This document shows positions 30,120-39,819 of a stretch of 64,000 nucleotides of DNA, one piece after another (the first letter of the stretch is position 1; the number at the start of each line of letters is the position of its first letter). Origin of the DNA: an uncultured Chloroflexia bacterium. Its GTDB lineage: Bacteria; Chloroflexota; Limnocylindria; QHBO01. Both the position numbers and the translations under genes were made by a program. The notes under the pieces were generated by a model. The model did not search any database, was not told where the DNA came from, and saw only the letters and a list, made by a program, of their open reading frames with translations. The DNA is taken from positions 96,001 through 160,000 of the forward strand of contig CAWFCQ010000002.1 of NCBI GenBank assembly GCA_963814375.1, in the 5' to 3' direction.

Positions 30120-31637
30120 TCAGGGAAGTTCGGTCAGGACAGGTTGCCACACCGCCTGCTGGCCGCTCGCACCGTCGGGGGAGATCTGGCGTGGCTCGTC
30201 TCCTCCGTCGGCTCGCACGATCCACAGCGTCGGCTCGCGGCCGGTCGAGGTCGTATACATGAGCCACCCGCCGCTCGGCGACCAGGCCACCTCGCCGATG
30301 AAGGTGCCACTGTCGATCTGCACGAGGACGTCGGCGCCGCTGCCGTCGCCAGCGGCCACGGTCACGCCATCGGACGTCGCCATGGCGAGGCGGGTCCCGT
30401 CCGGCGACCAGGCCGGCATGCTGGTCGCCGTCGTGCCGCCGAGCACCGGGGCCGGCTCGCCGCCATCGATCGGCACCACGAAGGCGCGGGAAGGCGTTGC
30501 GCCGCTGAGGTCGACGAAGAGGACGCTCAGGCCGCTTCCATCGGGCAGCCACGCGAGGCCGCCCGGGTAGGCAGGCTCGGTCAAGGGCACCGGGTCGCCG
30601 CCGCCGACCGGCACGACGTACACCGCCGACGGCGGGTCGATGGTCTCGCCGCCCGCTCCGGCGGTCATGGCCAGCCGAGTCCCGTCCGGCGACCAGAATG
30701 GACCACCGGGTGAGAGGCCACCAAGCTCGAGCGGCTCCGGCGCGAGCTCCTGATCGGTGACGACGACGCCGCCGCCCGGCTCGCCGAGCCAGGCTAGACG
30801 TGTCCCGTCCGGCGACCACGCTGCCGCGACGCCGATGCCCAGCTCTCCGATCTCGGTGCCGTCCGGAGCGAGGAGGGCAAGCCGTGTCGGGAGCGTCGTC
30901 CCTCCCCTCGCCACCACCATCCGGGTGCCGTCGGGCGACCAGCGCCACTCGAGCAGCTCGGTCGACGATCCCAGGGAAGTGATGGCGGCGTCGCCGAACG
31001 GCGTGACGCTGACGACCATCGGCCCCTCGGCGCAGCCGTCGCAGCGGAACGTGAGCTGACCATCCTCGACCAGCCGCAGCCACGCGCCATCCGGCCCGCC
31101 AGCGACCCAGCCGGCGAGGGAGCCGGGACCGATGCGGACCTCGTACCACTCCATCTCGCCGGCCGCCACCTGGTTGCCCGTGGCGCCCATGAGCTGGCCG
31201 CGGCGCAGCGTGGCAACGACGTCGGCGTCGTCGGAGGCTTCCGCCCGCACGCGCAGCCCGTCGGCCTCGACGAACAGCGTGCGACCCGTCAGGAAGGCCG
31301 GGTCGGGAGCGACCGACGGCCCGTCGGAGGGCGCTGCCTGGCTCGGCGACGCGCTGGCTGCCGGGCTGACCACAGCCACGCCAGATGAAGTCGGCTCGGG
31401 AGACTGGGTGGCGTCGACGAGGAGCGGCAGTCGCAACCACCCGGAGCCAAGCGCCGCGCCGGCGGCCAGCGCGGTCAGGAGCAGCGCCGCAGCCAGCAGC
31501 AGGAACGGTGTCCGCCCTCGGCGGCGGTCGTCCGCGGTGACGGCGAGGCGGTCGAAGAGTGCGTCGGCGAACGCCGGGTCGGGCTCTTGGTCGCGCTCGA
31601 GGTTACGCAGGAGACTGCGAATCTGATCGTCATGCAT
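30120..31637 (-). CDS. Putative anti-sigma factor: short cytoplasmic N-terminus, TM, SH3b-like domain, TolB/PD40 beta-propeller
   Basis: Overlaps the ECF sigma stop; LRVRAEAS..WYEV..GWVA; repeated WSPDGT motifs. Confidence 0.7.
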   Translation of the reverse strand: MHDDQIRSLLRNLERDQEPDPAFADALFDRLAVTADDRRRGRTPFLLLAAALLLTALAAGAALGSGWLRLPLLVDATQSPEPTSSGVAVVSPAASASPSQAAPSDGPSVAPDPAFLTGRTLFVEADGLRVRAEASDDADVVATLRRGQLMGATGNQVAAGEMEWYEVRIGPGSLAGWVAGGPDGAWLRLVEDGQLTFRCDGCAEGPMVVSVTPFGDAAITSLGSSTELLEWRWSPDGTRMVVARGGTTLPTRLALLAPDGTEIGELGIGVAAAWSPDGTRLAWLGEPGGGVVVTDQELAPEPLELGGLSPGGPFWSPDGTRLAMTAGAGGETIDPPSAVYVVPVGGGDPVPLTEPAYPGGLAWLPDGSGLSVLFVDLSGATPSRAFVVPIDGGEPAPVLGGTTATSMPAWSPDGTRLAMATSDGVTVAAGDGSGADVLVQIDSGTFIGEVAWSPSGGWLMYTTSTGREPTLWIVRADGGDEPRQISPDGASGQQAVWQPVLTELP

Positions 31638-32181
31638 CGGTTCGGTCTCCGTAGGCGCGGCGGAAGCTGTCGCGCGCGCGGGTGAGCAGCGATTCGGTGG
31701 CCTTCTCCGACCGCCCGAGCACGGCGGCCACCTCGCGGACGCTCAGCCCGTCGAGGTACATGAAGAGCAGCGCCATGCGCTGGTCCGGGGCGAGCATCGC
31801 GAGCGCCGCCTCGACCTGCTGACGCGTCTCGGACGAGCGCCATTCGGAATCGGCGCCCGAGCGTTGCTGGTCCACGAGCTGGAGATGGCGCCGCTCCTCG
31901 CGCCCGTGGCGCCGGTAGTGATCGACGAGCTTGTTTCGGCCGATGGCGCACAGCCAGGTGACGACGCTTGAGCGTCCATCGAAGCGATCGCGGCTGCGAA
32001 TCGCCTCGACCATGGTCTGCTGGGTCAGCTCCTCGGCCAGCGCGACGTCCCCCGCACAGCGGGCCGCAAGATAGCGGTAGACGCGCGGCAGCACCGCGTC
32101 GTACCAGTCGCGGAATCGGCTCTCGTCGCGGACGATCGACGTGAGGCTCGGCTCGGACTCCATCGCAATCGGTGCGCTCAT
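31630..32181 (-). CDS. ECF RNA polymerase sigma factor
   Basis: AEELTQQTM, TWLCAIGRNKLVDHYR (region 2); GLSVREVA..SEKATESLL.RAR (region 4). Confidence 0.9.
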   Translation of the reverse strand: MSAPIAMESEPSLTSIVRDESRFRDWYDAVLPRVYRYLAARCAGDVALAEELTQQTMVEAIRSRDRFDGRSSVVTWLCAIGRNKLVDHYRRHGREERRHLQLVDQQRSGADSEWRSSETRQQVEAALAMLAPDQRMALLFMYLDGLSVREVAAVLGRSEKATESLLTRARDSFRRAYGDRTDA

Positions 32182-32276
32182 GCGGGCGTCTTCCCAGCGG
32201 CATGCGCATCGGCCCACTGCCGGTGCGTCACTCCGTTAGTCGCGCCGGCCTCCCCGTATCCTTCGCCGCGGCCCGG

Positions 32277-33317
32277 CTATGGCCCGTCGACTGCCGTCGC
32301 CGACTCCACCACCAGCTCCGCGCGACAATCAAGGACGGCCTGCTCCGGCGCACGGCCGTCATCGCCTGCGACCGCGGCGGCCTCGTCGCATCCCTGGGCG
32401 GCGGCGTCGTCCAGGTGGACCCGAAGCTCGACCCAGGTGCCGGGTTCGGGCATCGCCACGCCACTGGCCGGGTCGATCGAGATCGAGACGCCGACGCCGC
32501 CGAAACCCTCGTTCTCGTTGATCGTCACCTGGTTGTAGTTGATGTTCTGGCAGTAGAGCCAGCCGCTCGGCTCGTCGGCGGCGGCGCACGTTCCGCCGAG
32601 CTCGGCGTCGTCGGGAATCTCCGGCCACCAGCCCCGGAACGTGAACGGCTCGCCGCCGAAGCACGCCAGCCGATGGAGGTCGGATCGCCCGAGGATGAGC
32701 GCCTCGGCCGTCAGCGGAGTCGCCGGGCACTCGGGCGGGGCGGCCTCGAGCCACGGCTCGCCGGTCTCGCTGGCCGCGGCGACCCAGCCGAACCAGTAGG
32801 GGCAGTTGAACGGATCGGACTCGACCGTCCCTGCGCAGCCGGTCGCGGGTGGCAGCCCTAGGCCGGAGACCTGGTACCACTGGAGGCCGTCCGCCTCGGT
32901 CGGACCGGCGGCCAGGTAGCTCGGCGAGCCAAGCGCAAGGCTTCCGAGGCGTTCGGCGCCGACGCCGGGCTCCGATCGGACCGATAGGCTGTCGACGGTC
33001 GTCTGGACGATCGTGTCGAGCGTCAGCGCGGTGGGCGACCCTGACGGCGCCGCGCTCGCAGGAGCCACAGATGCGGAAGCTGACGGAACGGCCGATGCCG
33101 AGGCGCTGGCCGATGGGGATGCGCTGCCGGACGGCTCGGCCGACGGCGATCCGGTGGGCTCTTCGTCGCCGTCGGTGATGAGGACGATCAGGAGGATCGT
33201 GGCGAGCAGGCCCAGGAAGGCGACGCCGATGATCGCTGCCCACGGGGTCGGTCGCCGCTCAGGGCGGACGCCCGGCTGCGGGCGGAGCGGCGGAGGCGGG
33301 TATTGCTGCTCGGTCAC
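32277..33317 (-). CDS. Membrane-anchored SH3-like, Cys-rich extracytoplasmic protein
   Basis: TM, Ser/Ala/Pro linker, LSVRSEPG..WYQV..GWVA, eight Cys. Confidence 0.75.
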   Translation of the reverse strand: MTEQQYPPPPLRPQPGVRPERRPTPWAAIIGVAFLGLLATILLIVLITDGDEEPTGSPSAEPSGSASPSASASASAVPSASASVAPASAAPSGSPTALTLDTIVQTTVDSLSVRSEPGVGAERLGSLALGSPSYLAAGPTEADGLQWYQVSGLGLPPATGCAGTVESDPFNCPYWFGWVAAASETGEPWLEAAPPECPATPLTAEALILGRSDLHRLACFGGEPFTFRGWWPEIPDDAELGGTCAAADEPSGWLYCQNINYNQVTINENEGFGGVGVSISIDPASGVAMPEPGTWVELRVHLDDAAAQGCDEAAAVAGDDGRAPEQAVLDCRAELVVESATAVDGP

Positions 33318-33395
33318 GCGCGGATCCCTCGGCGCGCCGAAGTCCGGACATGGAAACGTCCCGAAGGAACCACTGGACCCTTTGATGCAATCTCA

Positions 33396-33511
33396 GAGTC
33401 CACGGATTCCTCCGGGACAGGAACTACTCTAGGGGCGGCGCACCCGCGCGCCAAGGGGGTTTGTCCACGGATTCGGACCATCAGCGCCCGGTTATCCACG
33501 GGTTATCCACA
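33396..33511. promoter_or_regulatory. DnaA-box cluster flanking a minus-strand sigma70 promoter
   Basis: TTATCCACA (33503), TTATCCACG (33492), TTGTCCACG (33461), weak GAGTCCACG (33396); minus-strand TTGGCG-N17-TAGAGT at 33454-33426. Confidence 0.6.
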
Positions 33512-33531
33512 TCGACATCCACTGTACGCCT

Positions 33532-34287
33532 CTAGAGGCGTCCGGCTTCGATGATTCGCTGCAGGAACTCGCGGGTCCGCTGCTGGACCGGCTCGCGGAA
33601 GATGCGCTCCGGCGGCCCTTCCTCGAGGACGAGGCCCTGGTCGAGAAAGATGACCCGGTCGGCGATGTCGCGCGCGAAGCCCATCTCGTGGGTGGCGATG
33701 AGCATCGTCATGCCGTCCGCCGCCAGTTCGCGGACGACGTTGAGCACCTCGCCGATCAGCTCGGGGTCGAGCGCGCTGGTGACCTCGTCGAGGAGCAGGA
33801 GGCCGGGGTCCATCGCGAGCGCGCGGACGATCGCGACGCGCTGCTGCTGGCCGCCCGACAGCCGATCGGGGTAGTCGTCGCGCTTGTCGGCGAGTCCGAA
33901 GCGCGCCAGCAGCGCATCGGCCCGCGCCACAGCCTCGGCGCGCGGCAGGCGCATGACGCGACGTGGCGCGAGCGTCACGTTGTCGAGCACCGACATGTGC
34001 GGAAAGAGGTTGTAGGACTGGAACACGATCCCGATTCGCCGTCGGATCCGATCGACGTCGACGCCCTCGGCCGTGATCTCCTCCCCTTCCACCACGATGC
34101 GCCCGGCGTCGATCGGCTCGGTCAGGTTGATGCAGCGCAGGAGGGTGGACTTGCCGGAGCCCGATGCACCGATGACACACACCACCTCGTGCTCGGCCAG
34201 GACGAGATCCACGCCGCGCAGGACCTCGAGCTCGCCGAAGGACTTGCGCAGTCCCTCGGCCCGGAGCGCCTCGGCGACCACGGTCAT
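33532..34287 (-). CDS. Polar amino acid ABC transporter ATP-binding protein
   Basis: GASGSGKS, LSGGQQQR, LLDEVTSALDPE, THEMGFA. Confidence 0.93.
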   Translation of the reverse strand: MTVVAEALRAEGLRKSFGELEVLRGVDLVLAEHEVVCVIGASGSGKSTLLRCINLTEPIDAGRIVVEGEEITAEGVDVDRIRRRIGIVFQSYNLFPHMSVLDNVTLAPRRVMRLPRAEAVARADALLARFGLADKRDDYPDRLSGGQQQRVAIVRALAMDPGLLLLDEVTSALDPELIGEVLNVVRELAADGMTMLIATHEMGFARDIADRVIFLDQGLVLEEGPPERIFREPVQQRTREFLQRIIEAGRL

Positions 34288-35198
34288 CGGCCGAAGCCGA
34301 GCAGGCGCCCGCGTCGGGCGGCCTTCGAGCCGGCGGCCACCGAGGCGGCGTAGCGCCGATCTCGCTCACGCGAGACGAGCCAGTCGGTGAGCCGTGCCAG
34401 CGGGATCGTCACGGCGAGGAACACGAGCGCCGTGACCATGAACGGCGTGTAGTTGAACGTTGCCTGCTGGCGGATGACGGTCTGCCGGAAGATCTCGACG
34501 ACCCCGATGAAGGACACGAGGACGGTGTCCTTCTGGAGGCCGATGAAGTCGTTGAGCAGCGGCGGTATCACCCGCCGCACCGCCTGCGGCAGCACGACGT
34601 GGCGGAGCGCCTGCACGTGCGTGAGGCCGAGCGAGCGTGCCGCCGCTGCCTGGCTCGGGTGGATCGAGTCGATCCCGGAGCGATACACCTCCGAGACATA
34701 GGCGGAGTAGAGAAGCGTCAACGCCACCACGCCCCAGAAGAACGGGTCGATCGGCACGCCGGGCAGGCGCAGCCCGGGGATGCCGAAGCCGAGGACGAAG
34801 ATGACGAGGACGCCGGGCAGCGCGCGAAACAGGTCGACGTAGACCGTCGCCAGAAGGCGCAGCGGGAAGAGGACCGGGCCGGTCAGGCTGCGCATGACGG
34901 CGAGGAGGAGCCCGAGGGCCAGGATCAGGATCTCGGCGATCAGGAAGAGGGCGACGTTGACCCAGAACTTGCCGATGATCCGCGGCGCCGACTCGACGAA
35001 GTTGTCCCAGTCGAAGAAGGCGGTCTTGACCCGCTCCCAGCCAGGAGCGTTGACGACGATGACGGCGATCACGGTGAAGAACACCACCGTCGACAGCGCG
35101 GCGACGAGCAGCGCGCCGCCGGGCGTGCGGAGGCGGGGCCGCCGCCGGCTCGTCGTCGGCGGGAGCTCGCCGGTGGTCTGGTCGAGCGGCCCGGTCAA
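34284..35198 (-). CDS. Polar amino acid ABC transporter permease
   Basis: YSAYVSEVYRSGI..QAAAARSLG (EAA-like loop), LQKDT. Confidence 0.92.
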   Translation of the reverse strand: MTGPLDQTTGELPPTTSRRRPRLRTPGGALLVAALSTVVFFTVIAVIVVNAPGWERVKTAFFDWDNFVESAPRIIGKFWVNVALFLIAEILILALGLLLAVMRSLTGPVLFPLRLLATVYVDLFRALPGVLVIFVLGFGIPGLRLPGVPIDPFFWGVVALTLLYSAYVSEVYRSGIDSIHPSQAAAARSLGLTHVQALRHVVLPQAVRRVIPPLLNDFIGLQKDTVLVSFIGVVEIFRQTVIRQQATFNYTPFMVTALVFLAVTIPLARLTDWLVSRERDRRYAASVAAGSKAARRGRLLGFGR

Positions 35199-35210
35199 GC
35201 CCGGTGGCCG

Positions 35211-36158
35211 CTACTCGGTGATCTGCGGCGCGTCGAGGAAGTCGGAGAGCCACTCCTCGGCGATCGAGTCGAGCTCTCCGTTCTCGCCCATCGTCAGGAT
35301 CGCCTCGTCGACGCAGTCGGTGAGCGGGCTGTCGAGGTCGAGCACGAAGCTGAAGTGCTCCTTGTCCTCCGGGTCGGAGGGGAACTGCCCGACGACGACG
35401 CCATCCTCCATCTCGATGTTGACGATGTAGAAGGCAGTCGCCAGGTCGAACACCGCGCCGTCGATCTGGCCGGCCTCGATGGCCGACTTCACGCCGGTGT
35501 TGTCCTCGTACACCCGCGCCTCCGCAGTCGGCTGGATCCGCTCCTCGATGTAGGTGAGGCTCGTCGTGTTGCCGGCGGCGCCAAGCTGGAACTCGGCGAC
35601 CTCTTCCAAGGTCGTGGCGCCCGCGAGGTCGGACCCCGCCGTGGTCACCAGGGCCTGGTTGCTGAAGAAGTAGCCCTCGCTGAGATCGACCGCCTGGGTC
35701 CGCTCCTCGGTGAACGAGACCTGTGCCAGATAGACGTCGAACTCCTTCGGGCCCGGCGCGATCGAGTTGTTGAACGGCACCGCGATCCAGGTCACTTCGT
35801 CCTCGCCGAAGCCCAGCTGTTCGGCCAGCGCGTAGGCGATCGCGCTCTCGAAGCCTTGCCCGTTCGTCGGGTCGCCGAACTCCCACGGCTCGGTGGCGGT
35901 CTCACCCTCGGCCGGCTCGCTGAAGTACGGCGGGAAGGCTGGGTTATCGGTGCCGACGGTCAGCGTCCCGGCCGTCTTCGTCGCGAGGTCCTCGGGAGCG
36001 CAGGCGGTGGCCGCCTCCGACGGGCTCGCCGCATCGCTCTCGGTCGAGGGCGCCTCGGACTCGACGACGCTGGCCGACGGGCTCGTCCCGGCGTCCGTGC
36101 ACGCCGCGAGGATGAAGACGATCCCCGCCATGAAGACTGCACGCAACGACCTGGACAT
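35211..36158 (-). CDS. Amino acid ABC substrate-binding lipoprotein
   Basis: LAAC lipobox, GTLTVGTDNPAFPP, GFESAIAYA, SFTEERTQAVDLS. Confidence 0.9.
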   Translation of the reverse strand: MSRSLRAVFMAGIVFILAACTDAGTSPSASVVESEAPSTESDAASPSEAATACAPEDLATKTAGTLTVGTDNPAFPPYFSEPAEGETATEPWEFGDPTNGQGFESAIAYALAEQLGFGEDEVTWIAVPFNNSIAPGPKEFDVYLAQVSFTEERTQAVDLSEGYFFSNQALVTTAGSDLAGATTLEEVAEFQLGAAGNTTSLTYIEERIQPTAEARVYEDNTGVKSAIEAGQIDGAVFDLATAFYIVNIEMEDGVVVGQFPSDPEDKEHFSFVLDLDSPLTDCVDEAILTMGENGELDSIAEEWLSDFLDAPQITE

Positions 36159-36219
36159 CTGTGACGCTCCCTGATGTGTGATCCCGATGGCGGCGAGTGT
36201 AGCGGCTGGCCGCACGGAC

Positions 36220-37051
36220 TCAATCCCGGCGGGTGATCTCGACCGCGTCGCCCACCGTGGAGCCGATGCGCGCCGCGAGATTGCCGCCGTGCTCGGCCAG
36301 GGCGAGGTCGCCGGATGAGTCGAGGTAGAGCAGCACGGCGCCCTCGGGCACGTGCCCGAAGCTGGGCGCCACGACCGCATCTGCCGCGGCGCGAGCCACC
36401 GATCGAGACCGTGACGCGGGTCGACTCATCAACGTCGCCAAAGGCCGTGGTGAGATCCCGTCGCCCGCCCGCGAGCCGCAGGTTGCCGAAGCTGTCGACG
36501 TAGGTGACGGCCGTGTTGATCCTCCCGGGCTGCGCTGTTGCGACGGTCGCCGGCAACCGGACGAGGCCATCGGCGGAGATGAGCGGGCCGAGGTCCTCGA
36601 ACCGGACGTCCCCGTTCGCGAGATGCGCGGCGACCGGGCTGAAGATGTCGCGGCCGTGGAAGGTGCTCGAGATCGTGGGGAGCCAGGCGGATCCCTCGGT
36701 GAGCTCGCGCGCCTCCGCAATGCCGCCCAGTGCCTCCGCGGCCGGAACGAGAAGCCCGTTGTCCGGCCCCACGAGGACATCGCCACGGCCGGCGCGAAGC
36801 GCGATCGGGCGGCGGGCGGTGCCGACCCCCGGATCGACCACCGCGACGTGGACCCCGACCGGCATGAATGGAAGCGCCGCGCGAAGGACGAACGCGCCAT
36901 CGGCGACCGCGAACTTCCCGATCGCGTGCGAAACGTCGACGATCTCGGCGTCGCGGCAGATCGAGAGCATGACGCCCCGGCAGGTCGCCGCCGCGCCGTC
37001 GAACCCGAAGTCGGTGAGGAACGTGATGATCGGGCGATCGCGCGGCGCCAT
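36220..37051 (-). CDS. SAM hydroxide adenosyltransferase (DUF62; chlorinase/fluorinase family), frameshift ~36390
   Basis: LTDFG, VVDPGVG, GPDNG, STFHGRDIF, D.FGNL; C-terminus (YLDSSGDLALA) in a shifted frame. Confidence 0.85.
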
Positions 37052-38593
37052 CAGCCCAATGTCACGGTCTCGCGGTGCCTGGCGACGTGGGCCTCGAGGC
37101 CGAGCTCGGTGCGGATGCGGGCGGCGAAGGCCTCGGCTGCATCGGGGTCGCCGTGGACGATGAAGACCGACTTCGGCGCGGTCCCGGCGGCCGCGCGCGA
37201 GAAGTGCCCCAGCCATGCCTCGAGCTCGTGCTGGTCCGCGTGGGCGCTGAAGCCGCTGATCGACCGGACCCGGCAGCGAACGTCGAGCTCCTCGCCATCG
37301 ATGCGTGCCCTCTTGGCTCCATCCTGGATGTGCCGCCCCAGGGTGCCCTCTCCCTGGTAGCCGATGAACAGCAGCGTGCACGCCGGATCGGGGAGGAAGT
37401 CCTTGAGGTGATGCATGATCCGGCCGCCGGTGAGCATCCCCGAGCTGGCCACGACCATGATCGGGCGGTTCGCGAATCGGATCGCCTTCGACTCCTCGAC
37501 CGTATCGGTGAACTGCTGGCCGGGGTAGCGCAGCGGCGAATCGCCGGCGCGCAGCAGCGCTCCGGTCTCCTCGTCGTACGTCTCGGGGTGCTCGTCGTAC
37601 ACCTGGGTCGCCCGTGAGGCCATCGGCGAGTCCAGGTACAGCGGAATGCGCGGGATCCGGCCGTCGCGGACCAGGTCGTCGAGGACCCAGATCACCTCCT
37701 GGGTGCGACCGATGGCGAAGGCAGGCATGAGCAGCACGCCCTCGTCGTCGGCAACCTCGCTGATGGCGGCGACGAGCTCGTCGATCGCCTGGTCGTGTGG
37801 CGCGTGCTCCCGGTTGCCGTACGTCGATTCGACCACGATGTGGTCGGCGTGGGTCAGCGGCGTGGGGTCGCGCAGGATCGGCGTGTCATCGCGTCCGAGG
37901 TCGCCGGAGAAGACGATCGTGCGCCGATCGGCCCCCTCGCCGATGCGCAGCTCGATGATCGCCGAGCCAAGGATGTGACCCGCGTCATGGAAGACGGCAC
38001 TCACGCCGTCGCCGAGCGCCACCTCGTCGCCGTAGTCGCAGCCGCGCATCAGCTCCATCGACCGATCAACGTCGTGCTCGTCGTACAGCGGCTCGCGCGT
38101 CTCGGTTCTTCCCTCGGGTGGCGCGCTTCGGAGCCGATCCGGGAGGCTCGGATCGTCGGTCTCGAGGTCGGTGGCGACCGCCTCGCTCTCGGTCGCGGCG
38201 GCGGCGGCGGTGGCGGGGCGTGGCGGCGGCCGCGGCCTTTCGCGCCTGACGCCGATTCCAGCGGGCGGCGAACTCGACCTGGAGCTTCGCGCTGTCGCGC
38301 AGCACGATCTCGGCGAGGTCGACCGTGCCCCTGGTGGCGTGGATCGGTCCGGTGAACCCGGCCCGTGCGAGGGCCGGAACCCGTCCGCAGTGGTCGAGAT
38401 GCGCGTGCGTCAGGAGCACCGCGTCGAGAGAGCCCGGCTCGAACGCGAACGGCATCCGGTTGCGCTCGGTCTCCTCCGGCGAGCCCTGGAACATGCCGCA
38501 GTCGACGAGGATCCGGCGCGTCCCCGCGGTGACCAGGAACTGCGAGCCGGTCACGCAGCCGGCCGCGCCGAGGAACTGGATCTCGATGCTCAC
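37051..38593 (-). CDS. MBL-fold beta-CASP ribonuclease (YSH1-like), frameshift at a C run near 38216
   Basis: GAAGCVTGS, THAHLDH, AGHILGS, FSGDLG, ESTYG, SGMLTGGR, FSAHAD. Confidence 0.88.
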
Positions 38594-38672
38594 GGGTCCT
38601 CCTGGGGTTCCGGGTCGGCTCGGGCCCCGGGAGTATCGCCGATGCCGCCTACCGCGTGCGTATCATCGGTCC

Positions 38673-39764
38673 ATGCCCTTTCCGATCGAGCCGCCCATCG
38701 AGCCGATGCTGGCCAAGCCCACCCCGGCCATCCCGGACGGCGACGGCTGGCTGTACGAGCCGAAGTGGGATGGGTTCAGGGCGCTCGTCTTCCGTGACGG
38801 CGGGGAGGTCTACATCCAGTCACGTGACCTCAAGCCGCTGAACCGGTACTTCCCCGAGCTCGAGGCGCCGCTCCTGGCTCTGGGTGGGCCGGACGCGCGA
38901 TTCGTGCTCGACGGCGAGATCGTGATCGCGCGGCCCAATGGCGGGCTCGACTTCGATTCCCTGCTGATCCGCATCCACCCGGCCGCCTCGCGGGTCAAGA
39001 TGCTTTCGGAGCAGTCGCCGGCGTCGTTCGTCGCCTTCGACTGCCTCGCCGATGGCGACGACGACCTTCGCGACCGGCCGTTCGCCGAGCGCCGGGCAAG
39101 GCTGGAGCGCCTGGCGGCGGATCCGCCCGAATCGGTGCGCCTCACTCCCTCCACCTCCGATCCGGTGCTGGCACGCCACTGGTTCGACGTCTTCGAGGGT
39201 GCGGGGCTGGATGGAGTGATCGCCAAGCCCGCGGACGCCGCCTATGCGCCCGGGAAGCGGGCGATGGCCAAGATCAAGCACGCCCGCACGGCAGACTGCG
39301 TCGTGGCTGGATTCCGGTGGCACAAGAACGGACCGGGCACCCTCATCGGCTCGCTTCTCCTCGGCCTCTGGAACGCCGAGGGCAGCCTCCAGCACGTCGG
39401 CGTCACCTCCTCCTTCACGATGGCCAAGCGCGCGGAGCTCGTGGAGTTCCTCGAGCCGTATCGGCACGGCGGGCTGGAGGACCACCCATGGCGGGAGTGG
39501 GCCATGGCCGAGGCTGCCGCGGTCGAGGAGAACCGCCGCATGCCGGGCGCCACCTCCCGCTGGAACCGCGGCAAGGACCTTTCATGGGAGGCGCTGCGCC
39601 CCGAGCTCGTCTGCGAGGTCGCCTTCGACCACCTTCAGGGGGATCGCTTCCGCCACGCGGCCACCTTCCGCCGATGGCGCCCGGACCGATCGCCCGCCGA
39701 TTGCCGCTACGACCAGCTCGAGGAGACTCCGCCAGCGCTCCTGGCCGACATCTTCCTCGGCTGA
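38673..39764 (+). CDS. ligC: ATP-dependent DNA ligase, LigC type
   Basis: EPMLAK, EPKWDGFR, DGEIV, LDGVIAK, RTADCVVAGFRWHK, MPG..SRW. Confidence 0.9.
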   Translation: MPFPIEPPIEPMLAKPTPAIPDGDGWLYEPKWDGFRALVFRDGGEVYIQSRDLKPLNRYFPELEAPLLALGGPDARFVLDGEIVIARPNGGLDFDSLLIRIHPAASRVKMLSEQSPASFVAFDCLADGDDDLRDRPFAERRARLERLAADPPESVRLTPSTSDPVLARHWFDVFEGAGLDGVIAKPADAAYAPGKRAMAKIKHARTADCVVAGFRWHKNGPGTLIGSLLLGLWNAEGSLQHVGVTSSFTMAKRAELVEFLEPYRHGGLEDHPWREWAMAEAAAVEENRRMPGATSRWNRGKDLSWEALRPELVCEVAFDHLQGDRFRHAATFRRWRPDRSPADCRYDQLEETPPALLADIFLG

Positions 39765-39819
39765 CAGCGTCGTCGCTAGACTGAGCGCGAAATTCCCGCT
39801 GCCGCCTGGAGGCCAATCC

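Noticed and set aside
32237-32261. Possible ECF autoregulatory promoter (minus strand GGATAC-N13-CGACTA)
   Set aside because: Single occurrence and I cannot tie it to a known ECF group consensus; too weak to call
33320-33530. Chromosomal oriC
   Set aside because: Only three good boxes, no clear AT-rich unwinding element and no dnaA/dnaN/parAB neighbours; kept as a regulatory cluster instead
36220-37051. Possible fluorinase/chlorinase
   Set aside because: It has TFHGRD, typical of DUF62 SAM hydrolases rather than halogenases, and there is no halometabolite cluster nearby
25622-39764. Lhr-ligase-nuclease repair cluster
   Set aside because: Lhr is the full-length type, no metallophosphoesterase is present, the MBL protein is an RNA-type beta-CASP, and the genes are separated by unrelated operons
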